Assembly (NCBI RefSeq): GCF_038025025.1
Contig: NW_027117344.1
Coordinates: forward strand, 868,001 to 932,000
DNA from: Phyllosticta citribraziliensis
Taxonomy: Eukaryota
Direction: 5' to 3'
DNA length: 64,000 bases
Positions 1 through 12,628 of this stretch are shown here, piece by piece. Position numbers and translations under genes: made by a program. Position 1 is the first letter of the stretch. Every line of letters starts with the position of its first letter. The notes under the pieces are model-generated. The model was not told where the DNA came from and did no database searches. It worked only from the letters and a program-made list of their open reading frames with translations.

Positions 1-301
1 GCCCTCTTCCATTCTCCTCCCTCTCCCTCCTCTCCCGAGCAATCATGGCCCTCGCCCTGCGCCTGTCTCCGCACTCGCTGCACGCGCACGGCTCTTGCCA
101 CGCCTCCTGACGCTCGCCCTTCTTATGCACGGCAGTTGGCGCTGGCGCTGCTACGGCCACGAGCGTCAGCGATAGCGTTCTCATGCCGCTGTGAATGCTG
201 TGGAGTGCGGCGGTAGTGGTGGTAGTAGTACTGATGGGAGAGCAGCACGGGGGCCGCGGGCTCCCGCTCCCACTGATGATGCTGCTGGTTCGGCAAGACA
301 T
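1..301 (-). CDS. Possible 5' part of a hypothetical protein running off the left edge (MSCRTSSIISGSGSP...CACSECGDRRRARAM...)
   Basis: ATG at 301 opens a stop-free minus-strand frame to position 1, with pyrimidine-rich leader-like sequence upstream. No recognisable domain. Confidence 0.25.
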   Translation of the reverse strand, partial: MSCRTSSIISGSGSPRPPCCSPISTTTTTTAALHSIHSGMRTLSLTLVAVAAPAPTAVHKKGERQEAWQEPCACSECGDRRRARAMIARERREREENGRG

Positions 302-1227
302 GTTGGGAAGAATTCTGTTGGTGTGTTGATTGTGCTTTGTTGGCTGACGGGAACTGTGTGCCGGTGCCCTGTATGTCTGTACGCGTGCGTAGACCAAGAG
401 GTGAATGGAAATAATGGAAGCCGCTTCAATGGGAAATGTATGGTACAGGAGGAACAGACGTGCTCTGCACGTGTGTGTCGATACTTCCTCGTGTAGGTAC
501 GGGTAATTGAATGGAAAATATGCCGATAGTTGTGGAGAGTCAAGGCCAGGCCGTTTATTCCCTCTTCCTTCTGTCTCTGATTCTTTGTGTAGCACAGCAC
601 ACAGTCGCAGACCGGTAGGTAGGCAGGTGGGTAGATTGTACGTCAAGAGAGAGCCAAAGTTTGAACAAGAAAATGGAAGAGGAAGGCAGCAGCAGTGAAT
701 GAATGAAATGAATGGTTTGATCAACGAACCAGTTGCTCGAACACTCGGGGACTTGCGCATCTATTTGAATTCTTCGACTAATCAAGGCAGTACAAAGGAA
801 ATGGCGCCACGCCCACACTGCCCCTTTGTGTGGGCGCGTGGTTGAGCTGAGGATAAAGGTGGCCGTGTCAGAGGCACTTTCTCTTTCCCTGTGCTCGTTG
901 TTTGTCCAAGTGGTCTGGTGGCGGACTTCAAAGAGGATGTGAGATATAATAGGCCCTAGAGAAGAAAGAGCAGAAGAAAGAACGGTTGTGGTTCAAAATC
1001 TGGCTCATTGTTAGGTCACCTTGTATAAAACTGTCACATTCGCCACAGACGCGCTCATGAGTGCTTGCTGGCTTGCTGACTTGCCAGCAGCTCAGTGGTC
1101 ATTGCCTAGATGTACACCATTCGTCAGCCATGAAGCCCAAGTGACTCCGTGTCTAAAATCCGAGCCTGCTGCAATGATATCATGTGAATGCACCCGACGC
1201 CCCCAAAATGAAAGCCCCTTGGTTGCT

Positions 1228-3211
1228 TCAATCAAGCACAAGCGGCACGTCCTCATGAGTCTCGACATGCCGCCGCTGCTGCTCGAGCTCCTGCGCCTGC
1301 TTTTCGCGGCCCTTGCAAACCTGAATTGGATAGTCATCCCACGTATCTCGCACCTTGGTCGGAATGTCCATGCGCCTGTACCTGACGTTCCACTTGAGGC
1401 TCTCCCACTCTGCCGCGTTGGGTCCCGCATTGATGCGGACCCCGAATGTTGGCAACGCAATGACGTAGTCACCCGCAGCCTCGTCTTCAGGGTCTCTCGG
1501 CGCGGCGATGACGGGCAACGTGAAGCGCGACTTTGCCTTGGCCGCATCTTGTAGCAGCGCTTCGAAGCGCTCGCGCATCATGCCCTGTAAAGATGCGCGG
1601 AATGCCTTGAGGTCGTCTGGACGTAGTGGCCGGATGACAAGGTCGAGCTCGGAGGGGTTGTAGACGCGCAGCCACCAACGGCCGTCGTACAGCTCAAACT
1701 GCGGGTGCTCTGGCGACGTTTCTGGCGGAATCATGAATATCTCGCTGTCGTCTGATAGGTCTGATCGAGGCAGAGGGGGCACCAGGATGGTAGGGCTCTC
1801 GTTTCGGAGGTATGGTTGTCGCGAAAGCATCCACGTGTAGTACGGAAAACTTCGTCTGGGAATATTGGTTCGCTCAAAGTGTACGCCGCCAACAGTGAAT
1901 GGGGCGACGTCAATGGGCTCCGAGGTTATCTCGTCCGGGCGGAACAAGCCAGGAAACATGTTGTGGACGGCGACTTCAAGAGACAAAAGCTCAATCGATT
2001 CTCGCGGTGACACCAGGGTTGCCAGGTGGCGGACCAACATCGCGGCTATCGTCTTGCCCTCTTCAAAGTCAAATGGTGGGTCAAACCCGTTGCGAACGAC
2101 CTTTCGTGATGAGGGAGGATAAAAGTTGCGCGGGAAGAGAATGGCAAGTTGGCCTGAGCGCACGTCCAGCACAGCATCCAAATCTTCCACAAGCCGCTGG
2201 ACTTCTTCCTCACGCCTGCGAATCCTGCGATTTGCTCTCTCAGACAATTGCAATAGCGCCGGCTTCCCCAGCGGGAGCGGCATCTTGTACTTGTCATAGA
2301 CATGGCGCACGGCATTCCGTAGAGTCAGTGTTGGGTCCTTGTTGGTAGGATCTTCAACCCAATTTGTTGCTGATGCTTTGCAGGTTGCCGTAAGCCGTTC
2401 TTTGCTGAATGGCAGCAACGGGCGCAGGACCTGGATACCCCAATGCTCAATGTCGACGCCGTGCTGTTCTTGGGGTGTCGGTGCCATGTTGCTGGTGAAC
2501 CACTCGGCGTAGCTCTGGTGTACCCCATGAATTCCATAGCATTCTGGTATGTCTCCCGACGGCTTGATTCCGCGCAGGCCCTCGCCGTGGTGGCCCTTTA
2601 AAAGCCTCATCATGACCGTCTCGGCCTGGTCGTCGCTGTGATGAGCGACGAGGAGAGCCTCGATTCCGTGGTCGCGGCATGCGGCGCCCAAAAGTCGGTA
2701 TCTCAACCTCCGTGCAAGAGTCTCGACATTGGAAAGATTGCGAGTGTCCAGGTCGGCGGGCCATTGCATGCGCAAGATTTCCGAGTCGATTCCTAGGTGA
2801 TCCAGACTTCGCTGGACTAGCGAGGCTTCTTCGTCACTGCCTTGACGCAACTGGTGGTCCACGATGAATGCGGTGAAGACATCGTTGTCCTCGCTGTCAT
2901 CTATCTCGGAGGAGAGTTGGGCTGCGAGAGTCGCGAGCGCCATGGAGTCGACGCCGCCGCTGACGGCAAGTCCTTGAGAGAGGCATTAACGACTGACGCG
3001 AAGCTGTACGTGGACTACTCATGGCGAAGCAAAGCGGTTGTCGCACGGTCGTGTCTGGGCCGGGAGGGCGCGTCGTGAAGGTGAGTCAGGACTTACCGAG
3101 ACGCGGAGTCTGGACGTGGAGGCGCGGCAGCCATGTTGAAGCAAGTGAGTCGCGAAACTCTTGCAGGCTGACAGGGAGAGCCAGGAAGCGGCGAGCCGTT
3201 GGAGCGAACAT
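1228..3211 (-). CDS. tilS: tRNA(Ile)-lysidine synthase (TilS/PP-loop ATPase family), probably mitochondrial
   Basis: Exon 1 is 3211-3097 (MFAPTARRFLALP..., presequence-like), then a GT-AG intron at 3096-2973, and exon 2 is 2972-1228. Motifs: GLAVSGGVDS (PP-loop), VDHQLR, AHHSDDQAET, RPLL, EDPTN, RN. Confidence 0.9.
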
Positions 3212-3509
3212 CACATTGTGAGGATGTCGAATGGAGAAGAGGCAGGGCTGTTTGTCCGAGGCGAGGCTTGTCCCGGGCGGAGGCGGAGGCGGAGGGCACG
3301 CGGGCGCGGTGGACGGGACCGGATGAGCTTCACGCCAGCACGGGCCGCCAGTCGCGGCTCTGCCTCTCAAGATTCTAACGTCTTCGAGAATCTTTTGCTC
3401 CTCATTTGCCAGAATTTCCTCTTCGCAAACTCCCCGTCGCTGAACTTCCTCGTCGCCCGTCTCTAGCCCGCCTTTTCTCTCAATCTGCCGCTTGCATAAC
3501 TCTGTCAAA

Positions 3510-3985
3510 ATGGTACCAGTCCCCGACTCCGCCACGACTTGTTCGTCTTTTTGCTAACCAACTCCTCAGAGCGCCCTCAAGTCCATCAAGTCCCTCGTCC
3601 CTCTCCTCGACCGCGTCCTCGTCCAGCGCGTCAAGGCCGAGGCCAAGACTGCCAGTGGCATCTTCCTGCCCGAGACTGCCGTCAAGGAATTGAACGAGGC
3701 CCAGGTTCTGGCTGTTGGCCCTGGTGCCGTTGACAGGGAGGGCAAGAGGATAGTGCCTGGCGTCAAGGCTGGCGACAAGGTTCTCATTCCTCAGGTAGGC
3801 AATATGACATGCGATGCTCTGTTTGGATTAGGCTAACAGAAGGTCCAGTACGGTGGTACTCCCATCAAGGTTGCCGAGGAGGAGTTCCACCTCTTCAGGG
3901 ACTCTGAGTATGTCATTTCCCGCTCCAATACATGTGGATATCTCAGCTAATGCTTCCCAGGATTCTTGCCAAGATCAACGAGTAA
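3510..3985 (+). CDS. HSP10: Mitochondrial co-chaperonin 10 (GroES family)
   Basis: Exons 3510-3512 (ATG only), 3570-3794, 3849-3907 and 3961-3985. They translate to MSALKSIKSLVPLLDRVLVQRVKAEAKTASGIFLPE...VGPG...YGGTPIKV...FRDSEILAKINE*. Confidence 0.97.
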
Positions 3986-4285
3986 AATGGTTGAATCTCG
4001 TCTTTTGTAATCTTCATGTCTTAAATCAACACACTTCGAAACCAATACCGTTGGACGCGCGGCGTTTGGCACTAAAAAGCGCTTCAAAGTCTGGCACTCG
4101 AGCCATGTATTATTCTATGAATAACGAATCCATCTCCTCTCAAGAGCCGTCGACCAACAAGACAACCGCCTCGCATAAATGCAGCGCAATCGCTCGCTTG
4201 ACCAGGAATCCATTCTAAACGCTGTCCTAATGATGTAAAACGCCTTTCATGCGCTATCTATCCATGAAATGCAACAGCTGAAGCC

Positions 4286-5273
4286 TCACTGCGCCTCTCC
4301 TCCCATTGTGTTGATCGCCCATTGATAACTTCCCAAGAAGATGGCACCTCCTGCGCTGATCCAGAACACCCTTGGGCCGATGCCTGCAAAGAAAGCCCTC
4401 GGCCCGCTCTCCCGCAGTATCGATGTCAACAATGGTGCTAGGCTCTGTTTCTCCGTAGACAGCATCATTCTCGTCTTCAACACGTCCAGTGGTGTGGTGA
4501 TGCCCGCTGCAACAGCCCCTGCGAAACTGCCGAACACGGCGCCCTCTGTTGCGCTGACCTTGTCCTGACCAGTCTTACTCTGTCTCCACGCCTTCATTCC
4601 CTCCCACAATGGGAACTGGATCACCGTGAACGGCACTTCGCGCATAATCGTGATGCCCCATCCTCTGTACAATTCCATCCACACGCGTGCAAAGCCATTG
4701 GTCCGCCATTGCCCAATAATGTGTGTGAATGCGGCCATGCTAGACGGGTGCTGCAATGCCTGAGCTCTTTGCTTGACGACCTCAGTGGGCACCCTGACGG
4801 CGCAAGCCGCAACCTCTCCCAAGCTTGCGGCAGCCATGTGGTTCAAGGGCTCGCTCCAGCCGCCAATCTGCGCCCGTGTCGTCGAGTGTTTGCCATCGAG
4901 AGTGGTGAAGGTCTTCTGTGGTGCTTGCTGCGCGAGGAAGCGCTTGACGCTGTCATAGGTGACGAAGAAGAGGGCGGCGCCAGGTGCGGATCCAACCACG
5001 GTCGAGCCAATGCCGCGATAAATGCCCCGAAAGCCACCAGCTGCGATGAAGCCTTCGCGGGCCTGGAGGCGCGTCTTGAGCGTGTCGAGCGGGAAGAGGG
5101 ACAGGTCGACGGTGGTGCCAGCTACGCCGCCGGCCTGGGCCAATCAGTCATTTGCGCTCCCATGGCGGGCGGATGGATCATGGTTATCCTCTCCAGAAAA
5201 GTTCGAGCCGTACCAGTAGCGAGCGCACATAGGGCGATTCGACCCGCGAGGGGCTCTTTGGTGACGATTGCAT
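4286..5273 (-). CDS. SAM5: Mitochondrial S-adenosylmethionine carrier (SLC25A26/Sam5/Pet8 family)
   Basis: Exon 1 is 5273-5214 (MQSSPKSPSRVESPYVRSLL), the intron is 5213-5135, and exon 2 is 5134-4286. Three carrier signatures (PLDTLKTRLQ, PTEVVKQR, PLDVLKTRMM) plus the SAM-carrier-typical GSAPGAALFFVTY and REVPFTVIQFPLWE. Confidence 0.92.
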
Positions 5274-5329
5274 TTGGTGAGGTATCCAGATTGCACTGCG
5301 AAGCCGGAGATGGACATTTCTTAAAGCTC

Positions 5330-5341
5330 CTTATCGATAAG
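5330..5341. promoter_or_regulatory. Perfect palindrome CTTATCGATAAG in the 132-bp bidirectional promoter between SAM5 and the WD40 gene
   Basis: Read directly. A near-identical CTATCGATAAG lies at 24844-24854 in another divergent promoter. Confidence 0.5.
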
Positions 5342-5405
5342 CCTGTCGTGTGCCATGACGGTTGGTTGGGGCTCAAGGTTTCATCAACTCTTTCTCAGCG
5401 ACATC

Positions 5406-7006
5406 ATGGACACACTCTCGGAAGACCAGTCGAATCTGGAGGCAGATCCGGCGCATGAGGACTGGATTGCCGAAAAAGCTCGGGAAGAAGATCAAGAGGG
5501 TCCATCTCTCATGGACGAAGGCAACCCGGGACATGATTTCAACGCTTCTAAAACCAGCAACTGGCAACTGAACCTCAGGTCTTCCTACGACGCAGAGAAG
5601 CCCCGCTTGATTGCAGCAGCTAGACCGTATGGCTCTACCAAATTCGGCCAGCCTCATATCCAGAAATCACTCTCTTGGTCTCCAGATGGCAGCTGTCTCA
5701 TCACCCACAGCTTCGACAACGCGCTGCGGACCTTTACCGTCTTAAACAACGTAGGTCTTTGACTATGGAATGTTCAATTGCTGCTAGACGTTGAATAGCT
5801 TGCAGATGATATGATGGCAGATCCAGCAATCGAGCCATATTCGACGCTCGAGACTGCAGACAACATCACCTCGTTCGCCGTGAGCCCCTTCTTCAGCATC
5901 GCGGACCCGTCCACGACGTGCGTCTTCCACTCGACCTACGACCAACCCGTGCAATGCCGCAACGTCTTCGAGCCCGGCAAAGTGCTGGCAGCGTACCCGC
6001 TGTTCAACCCGCAGACCGAGGAGCCCATGAGGGTGTACTGCATGGCCTTTTCGCGGGACGGACAGCGCCTGCTCTGCGGCTCGCAAGCCCACATCGCCAC
6101 ATTCGACCTGACGCGTCCGGGCGCGCAGCCAGTCTCCCTCTTCAAGACGAGCCCCGGCCGCAAGGCGCAGCGCCGGCACGAATTGGCAGACCTCAGGGGC
6201 AAAGTGTCGTCGATGAGCATGAGCAACGACGGTCTTCTTGCCGCTGGCACGTTTGCCCGCAACATTGGCATCTTCGCAGACGATGGCGCCGGCGAGTGCA
6301 TCACGTCATTTTCCCTCTCTAACGGCAGAAGGTCCGACGGGACAGACGCTGGCGTCAGCATGGTGCGCTGGTGCCCGAGTGGGAGCTACCTCTACGCTGC
6401 CGAGCTCAACTCGGACCGCATCCACATGTACGACATCCGTCACACGGGCCGATCCCTCGGGGCGCTCGTTGGCCGTCGTGGCAATTCGTCGCAGCGGATC
6501 GACTTTGATATTGCTCCGCGCACTGATGGGACTGGCAATTGGGACGGCTACAACGTCGTCTCTGGCGGCACCGATGGCGTTGTTCGTGTTTGGGAGAATC
6601 CGCACGAGAAGAGAGATCAGATCGAGCATACTTATGAGTGGCAGGCGCATGAAGGTACGTCATTGATCCAGTCTTCCATCCTCTTCCCCGCTGACCTCCC
6701 GCAGAAACTGTCTGCGGCATCGCTGTGAACCCATGGTATCCGATGCTCGCAACGAGCGCTGGCCATTGGCGTTGGTCCCAGGAAGATGAGTACGAGAGTG
6801 ACGGTGACGACCACAGCGACAGTTTCGATAGCTGTTCCGACAGCGAAAGCGATGACAGCGAAAGCGATGACAGCGAAAGCGATGACAGCGAAAGTGGATC
6901 ATCCAACTCAGAGTCTGCAAGTAGCTCGCGTACGCTGTCTAATCCAAGCAAGAGCAGAAGCACTGAAGGGGCAGCAACAGGCTGGATGAAGATCTGGGAG
7001 GCATGA
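5406..7006 (+). CDS. WD40-repeat protein, WRAP53/TCAB1/Swt21-like
   Basis: Exons 5406-5750, 5799-6654 and 6705-7006. Contains WSPDGSCLIT, LLAAGTF, VRWCPSGSYLY, SSQRIDFD, VSGGTDGVVRVW and MLATSAG, with an acidic Ser/Asp tail. Confidence 0.75.
6839..6894 (+). repeat. Coding 15-bp tandem repeat (GACAGCGAAAGCGAT) x~3.7 encoding DSESD
   Basis: Read directly. Confidence 0.9.
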
Positions 7007-7317
7007 GTGGGAGCACATCCGCTGGTCACAGTCAATCAGTGATCATGGATTGTAAAACAGATCGTTGTTGACAGGATCTGATGGCTCAGAGGCGAGCACA
7101 GGGACAGAGGAACACATAATGAACACCGGCGCTGATTCCGAATGAAATTGGCTGCCTGTACCTACAGTATGGTCGCAACTGCAACCAGAGAAGAAAGGAC
7201 TATCCACCGTGGTCCAATGATGCCAGTGGACTTGTTGCAACAACAAAAGAAGAGCTCTTCACCAAAGCCGGCGTTCATCCCATCCCTCATCACTCCCTGC
7301 CAGGGTATCATCGCCAA

Positions 7318-8636
7318 TTACTTGCAGCTCAAGTCGTACTTGGCTTTTCGGTCCGCTGTCATGGCACCCCAATGCTTCTCATTAGCACTCTGGCCATTCT
7401 CTCCGACGGAATCGGGCTTCCCCGGCTCATCCATGGCCGAAAAGTAAAACAGGTTGACGCCCCATGTGAGCATGCCGCAAACGCTCTGCGAGAAGTACGT
7501 GGCAGCATTCTCGTCGCTTGCCTCGGCGGGCCCGTAGTTGGTGCCGCCTTTCGACGGCCATCCCGTCTCGCCGCCGAAGATCTCGGGCGTCTTGTCCGGA
7601 CCGCCCGCGACTGTCTGAATGTGCGCGATGGCGGAGGCCATGTCGTAGAAGTAGGTTGCGGACGCGTTGGTGATGGGTTGCGCTTGCCAGTAGGCGAAGC
7701 CGTTGACGAGGCTGGAGCAAGGGCGTTAGCTTTGTTCTCGCAAGTTTTCCACCGCTCAGGGTCCACGCAAGTGCCGACTGGAGGAATGAGCAGGGCTCGA
7801 CACCAACGCAGCGGTAGACCGGGGAAACAGTAGAGATGAACTCACAATAGATCGGCGCCGCCCCTGATTACGGCATCGGCCGTGCCGTCAGCCAACTTGT
7901 TCCAGGTGTCGGCCGGTCCGCACTTGACGCCCTTGGGCAGGATGCGCTTGATATCATTGATCTTGTCGAGCAGCTGTTCACCGGTGAAGTTGCCGCGGTA
8001 AAACACCTCGGAGCCCACAATCACGCCGTACAGCTGCTTTGCAAACTCCTCGGTGGCGTACTTTTGCAGCGCTTGCTTGTCCTTTTGAAACGACTCCTCG
8101 GTGTCGGGCCTGTCGGAGAAATGGAAATTAGCTGGTAGGTTCGATGGAGAAGCGATTCGGCGGTTGGTGATGGTGATGATGGGCTTGGACCCTGATCAAT
8201 GCGCATCCAAGCGGACCCTTTCTCCCCGCCAAAACGTCATGTCCGCCTATGTCCCCGCTCATCCGGGGAAAAAGGTGGAGAAGGCCAGCCAGTAGTCTCG
8301 CGACTCCAAACAACGCCGCTCCACTACGAGAAACAAAACAGGGCAAACGGGGCTCACTACGCACCATACGGCCAGCATAACCTGGAAATCCTTGGCCTTG
8401 GCGGCCGGCAAGATGGTCTGCGCAATGTTGCAGTCGCTCGACGAGAAGCTGCGCACCAGCGTGCTGCCGGACTGTGCCTTGATGGCGTCAAAGTCCTCTT
8501 CGAAGTCTCGCTGCTCTTTGCAGCTGCCGTCGGGCCTCTGAGGGCCCAGCGTGAATCCCAGGCGGCCGGCGGCCGAGACAGCCGTCGGCGCCATCAGGAG
8601 GGCGCTTGTGAGGGTGAGGAGAGAGGAAATACGCAT
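7318..8636 (-). CDS. BGL2: Secreted GH17 glucan 1,3-beta-glucosidase/transglucosylase (Bgl2/Bgt1-like)
   Basis: Exons 8636-8365, 8109-7846 and 7711-7318. Signal peptide MRISSLLTLTSALLMAPTAVSA; motifs VGSEVFYR, ADTWNK, NGFAYWQ, GETGWPS, EKHWG. Confidence 0.9.
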
Positions 8637-9114
8637 GATTAAATGTGTGACCGCGGAAAGGCGGAATTGAATGTTTTGTGAGAAGGTCGACTGTTTGACG
8701 CCGTCCCGAGACTGCCGCGTCGCCGTGGTTTAAAATTGGATCGTGTGGCCGGAAAGGACAGGCGCGCGCTCAGAGGGCGAGTGTATAAACTTCCGTAGCA
8801 AGCCGACTACGGATGGAGAGGCCAAATGAGAGACGCGTGAGCGAGGGAAGATGGTAGAGAGCAAAAACGCAAGAATAAAGGTGCTGGATATTCTGTGTGG
8901 TTCATGAAACGCTGAAGTAACTGCAGCCACAAGCTCGCCTGAATGGGTGGAGGAATGCTCCCCCACGGGCAGCTAAGCCGCTTTTGGCGTCTGCGTTCCA
9001 ATTTAATAACCTTACCCAAGGCCCTGTCATCAATTTCACGGCATCATTCCCTGGGAACAAAATAGGTAGCCTTCAGCAAAACATTACATTGTGCACATCT
9101 GCGAGAATCTAGCC

Positions 9115-11635
9115 CTACTCGTTCAGCATACCAGCTGCCAGTGCTTCTAAATCTTCAAAAGTCTCTGGTTCCTCCACAGCCTTGCCCTTCTTCCCACCCT
9201 TCTTCTTCTTGTGCTTTGGAGCCTCGTCGTCCTCTGAATCGTCCTCGAACCACTTCTTTGGCCTCTTCTTCTGGGGCGGCTCTTGAGCTTCTTCACTCTC
9301 GACATCGCTTGCTCTCGTTTCATCCAGAAATTTGGCAAAGTCGTCAAACGCTTGCTGTTGATCTTGCCCACTGCCGAGCTCAACGCCGCCATCTTCTTCG
9401 TCGTCTGACTCGGGATCTGCCTTAGCACGCTCCTTTCTCTTGATCTTCTTGGCCAAACGCTTCTCTTTGGCAAGAGCCTTGTCTGCCACATCGGCTTGTT
9501 CGATGCGTTCGCGTTCCTCTTCCAAGAAGCGCTGGCGTTGATCCTCTGCTGCGCCATTTTTCCTAAAGTCTTCCTCGTCCTCGAGTTCGTAGAGCTCGTG
9601 AGCGTTGCCTTCGTCGTCGAAGACCAACTTTTGCCCGTTGCCCTTGAACTTGAGCAGTTTCTTCTTGCTCTTGAGCAGCTTTTCGCGACGCTTGCTGTCA
9701 ATAAGGAGCGGGTCCTTGGCGCCTGGCAGAGAAACAATCTTCTTGCCATCTGCATCGAGAGCATCTGTGCCCACGGCTTCATCCGGTGCTCCTTCTGCAG
9801 CAGGAATCACCCTCTTGACAGTCATAAGATCATCGTCGGAATCGGAGCCCTGGTCGGCCTTGGATGCAGCGTCCTCCTTCTCGTCTTCATCGCCAGAGAA
9901 CTCGTGCTGGATGAGCTTGCTGTAGTGCCCAGAAAGGACGTCCTGGTTGGTGCGCTCGAACATGCGGTCGTACTTTGTGCGGACTTGCTCCTTGTCCTTC
10001 TTCTTGCTCTTCGACTCTTCGTCCTCTGAGCCCTCGTCTTCGGATGACGACAAATGCTGGCGTGGTGCATTTTTCAGCTCCTTGGCATTGTCGCCCTTCA
10101 TGAATTTGATGCGCGGTGCTCCAGGTAGTCCGAGACTGCCCGCATAGTCCTCAAGCGGCAGCTTGTTCAGCTGGAAGATTTCCTTGTCCTTCATGATGTG
10201 TATCGATTTGACGTATGAAACGAATGCCTTTTGACCGAGATACTTAAGTTGAGGGTCCTTGAAACACATGTTCTGCAACTGATTCTTGATGCTTTGTTGC
10301 TTCTTTTGACGAATGTTGATCCTTTCGATGGGTACCTTTTTGGCCTCGAGCCGCTTCAGCATGCCCTCCTCCTCGCTCGGATCCAGGAAGAGCACAGCGC
10401 GGCCCTTGCGCTCATATCGGGCAGTACGACCAACTCGGTGGATGTAAGTGTCGGTGTCTTCGGGGCAATCGACCTGGACAACCCAATCGACAGCAGGAAA
10501 ATCAAGTCCACGGGCGGCAACATCGGTGGCGAACAAACACGAGTTCTTGGCTGCGGAGAACTTGGATGTAATGTCGAGGCGGGCGGTTTGCTTTTGGCGA
10601 CCGTGTAAATGCAATAGCGGGATACCTGGTTGCATGTGGCGGAAACTCTCGTAAACGAATCGAACCTGCTTGCCAGACGAGAGGAAGACGATAATCTTGG
10701 ACTTCTTGCTGGACTGGATGAACGACCACAAAGTGTCGAGCTTTTCCGAGAGAGGACAGACAACGTAATTTTGTTGTAGTGACTTTGGTGTTGCCGATTC
10801 GGCAGCTTCGTGTACCGCGACGTACTCGGGATCCTGAAGGCTTAGTCTGGCAAGGTCAGAGACCTTTTTCGTCTGTGTTGCACTGAAAAGCAGCGTCTGC
10901 CTCTGAGTTGGGAGGTAGTCGATGATGGCGTCCAAATCACGCTGGAAACCCATGTCCAGGATACGGTCGGCCTCGTCGAGTACCAGCATCTGCAGGTTGT
11001 CCACATTGAATCCCACTGTCTGACTGAGATGCTGAAGAATACGACCAGGCGTACAGACGACAATGTTCATGCGTACCAAGGCATCTCTTTCTTCTGACAA
11101 GCTTTTGCCTCCTATTATCAGGCCCGCTGCGAACAAGTGCCCTTTCTTTCCAACGTTGTACAAGACCTCGAAAATCTGGATGGCGAGCTCGCGCGTCGGC
11201 GAAATGATCATGGCACCGAGCCCAGCGTCTTGGCCTACACATTGCGAGCGATACAGGTTTTCGAGAACGGGTATGACAAACGCGAGCGTCTTTCCACTTC
11301 CAGTCTTGGCCGCGCCGAGTATGTCTGCGCCTTTCAAGGCAAGAGGTATAGCTTTTGCTTGAATGTCGGTCAAGGTGGTAAAGTGACTGGCCTTGAGACC
11401 AGCTTTGGTGGGATCGGAGAGGGGAAGGTCGGTGAAAGATTTGAATTCCTGTCCTTGAAGGTCCTAGGTGGCAGTCAGCGTCAACGGATCGTCAGCCAGC
11501 TTTGGAGGGACTCACTAGTTCCTGGACTGCTTGTGCGAGCTTCTCGACGTCGACATCGCTGCGTTTGCGCTTCTGCGACTGTTGTAGCTTCTTGACCTTG
11601 GTCGGCTTGGTATGGCCCGTCAGTGTTCCAGCCAT
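9115..11635 (-). CDS. DBP4: ATP-dependent DEAD-box RNA helicase Dbp4 (18S rRNA processing)
   Basis: Exon 1 is 11635-11516, the intron is 11515-11464, and exon 2 is 11463-9115. Motifs [31 protein letters not shown], plus Dbp4-typical [15 protein letters not shown] and [17 protein letters not shown]. Confidence 0.95.
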
Positions 11636-11889
11636 GGCTTGAGTGTGGATTGGGCGCTGAGGAGTGAAGAACGACGAAGACGGTCGTCAAGAAATTTGGG
11701 AAATGCACGGGCCATGGTGACGATCGCCGGGCGGGAGCACCGACCTGAGCAGCCCACCCGACGGCCCCCTCCCAGGGCAGGAACGCGGACCAGGAAGGTC
11801 GCGCGCAGCCCTACCGCGTTAGGTCTCTACCTTAGACCTCATCACCACCCGCCACCCTCTCCCTCTCCCCCGTCTGCACCTTGCTCGCC

Positions 11890-12628
11890 ATGGCTGACGA
11901 CTTGGAAGCTCTCAGCGAACTTGAAAAAGAGGCCAAGGAATTCGACAAGGTGCGCCCTCAACCACCATCTCATTCGTCCTCTACTAACAGTTGCGACAGG
12001 ATGCCGAGATCGACCGTACGTCAACCCCTCAGACCAACCATCACGCCGCCAGACTGACAAATCTCTAGGCATTCTCAAAGCATTCAAACTCGATGCCTAC
12101 GCTGTCCTCGACCTCAAGCCCGGTGTGCCCGAATCCGACATCAAAAAATGCTACCGCATCAAGTCGCTGCTGATACATCCGGATAAAACGTCCAACCCCG
12201 CTGCCCCGGATGCATTCGACAGGCTCAAAAAGGCACAAACCGAGCTCATGGACGAGAAAGCCCGGGAGCGGCTTGACGAAGCCATAGCTGATGCGCGCAT
12301 GCTGCTGATTCGCGAGAACAAGTGGACGGTCGACAGCCCGGAGCTCAAGACACCCGAATTCGAAGTACAATGGCGAGAAAAGACCAAACACGTCTTGATA
12401 GACAATGAGATGCGTCGCCGCAAGCAAGCCCAGGCTGCTATGCGTGAGGAGGGTCGCGTACAGAAAAAGGAAGACGCCGATATTGCCGAGCGCAAGCGCA
12501 AGAGGGACCACGAAGAAGCTTGGGAAAAGACGCGCGACAAACGCATCGACAGCTGGCGGGACTTTCAGAAGAAGGGATCGTCCGGTGACAAGGAGAAGAA
12601 GAAGAAGAAGCTCAAGCCCATCGGTTGA
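11890..12628 (+). CDS. SPF31: J-domain protein, DNAJC8/Spf31 family
   Basis: Exons 11890-11949, 12000-12015 (16-nt microexon) and 12069-12628. Contains FKLDAYAVL...KSLLIHPDK (HPD motif) and C-terminal WEKTRDKRIDSWRDFQK. Confidence 0.85.

Noticed and set aside
8110..8364. 255-nt BGL2 intron as a stwintron, snoRNA host or riboswitch
   Set aside because: No split donor, C/D box pair or TPP-aptamer core found by eye.
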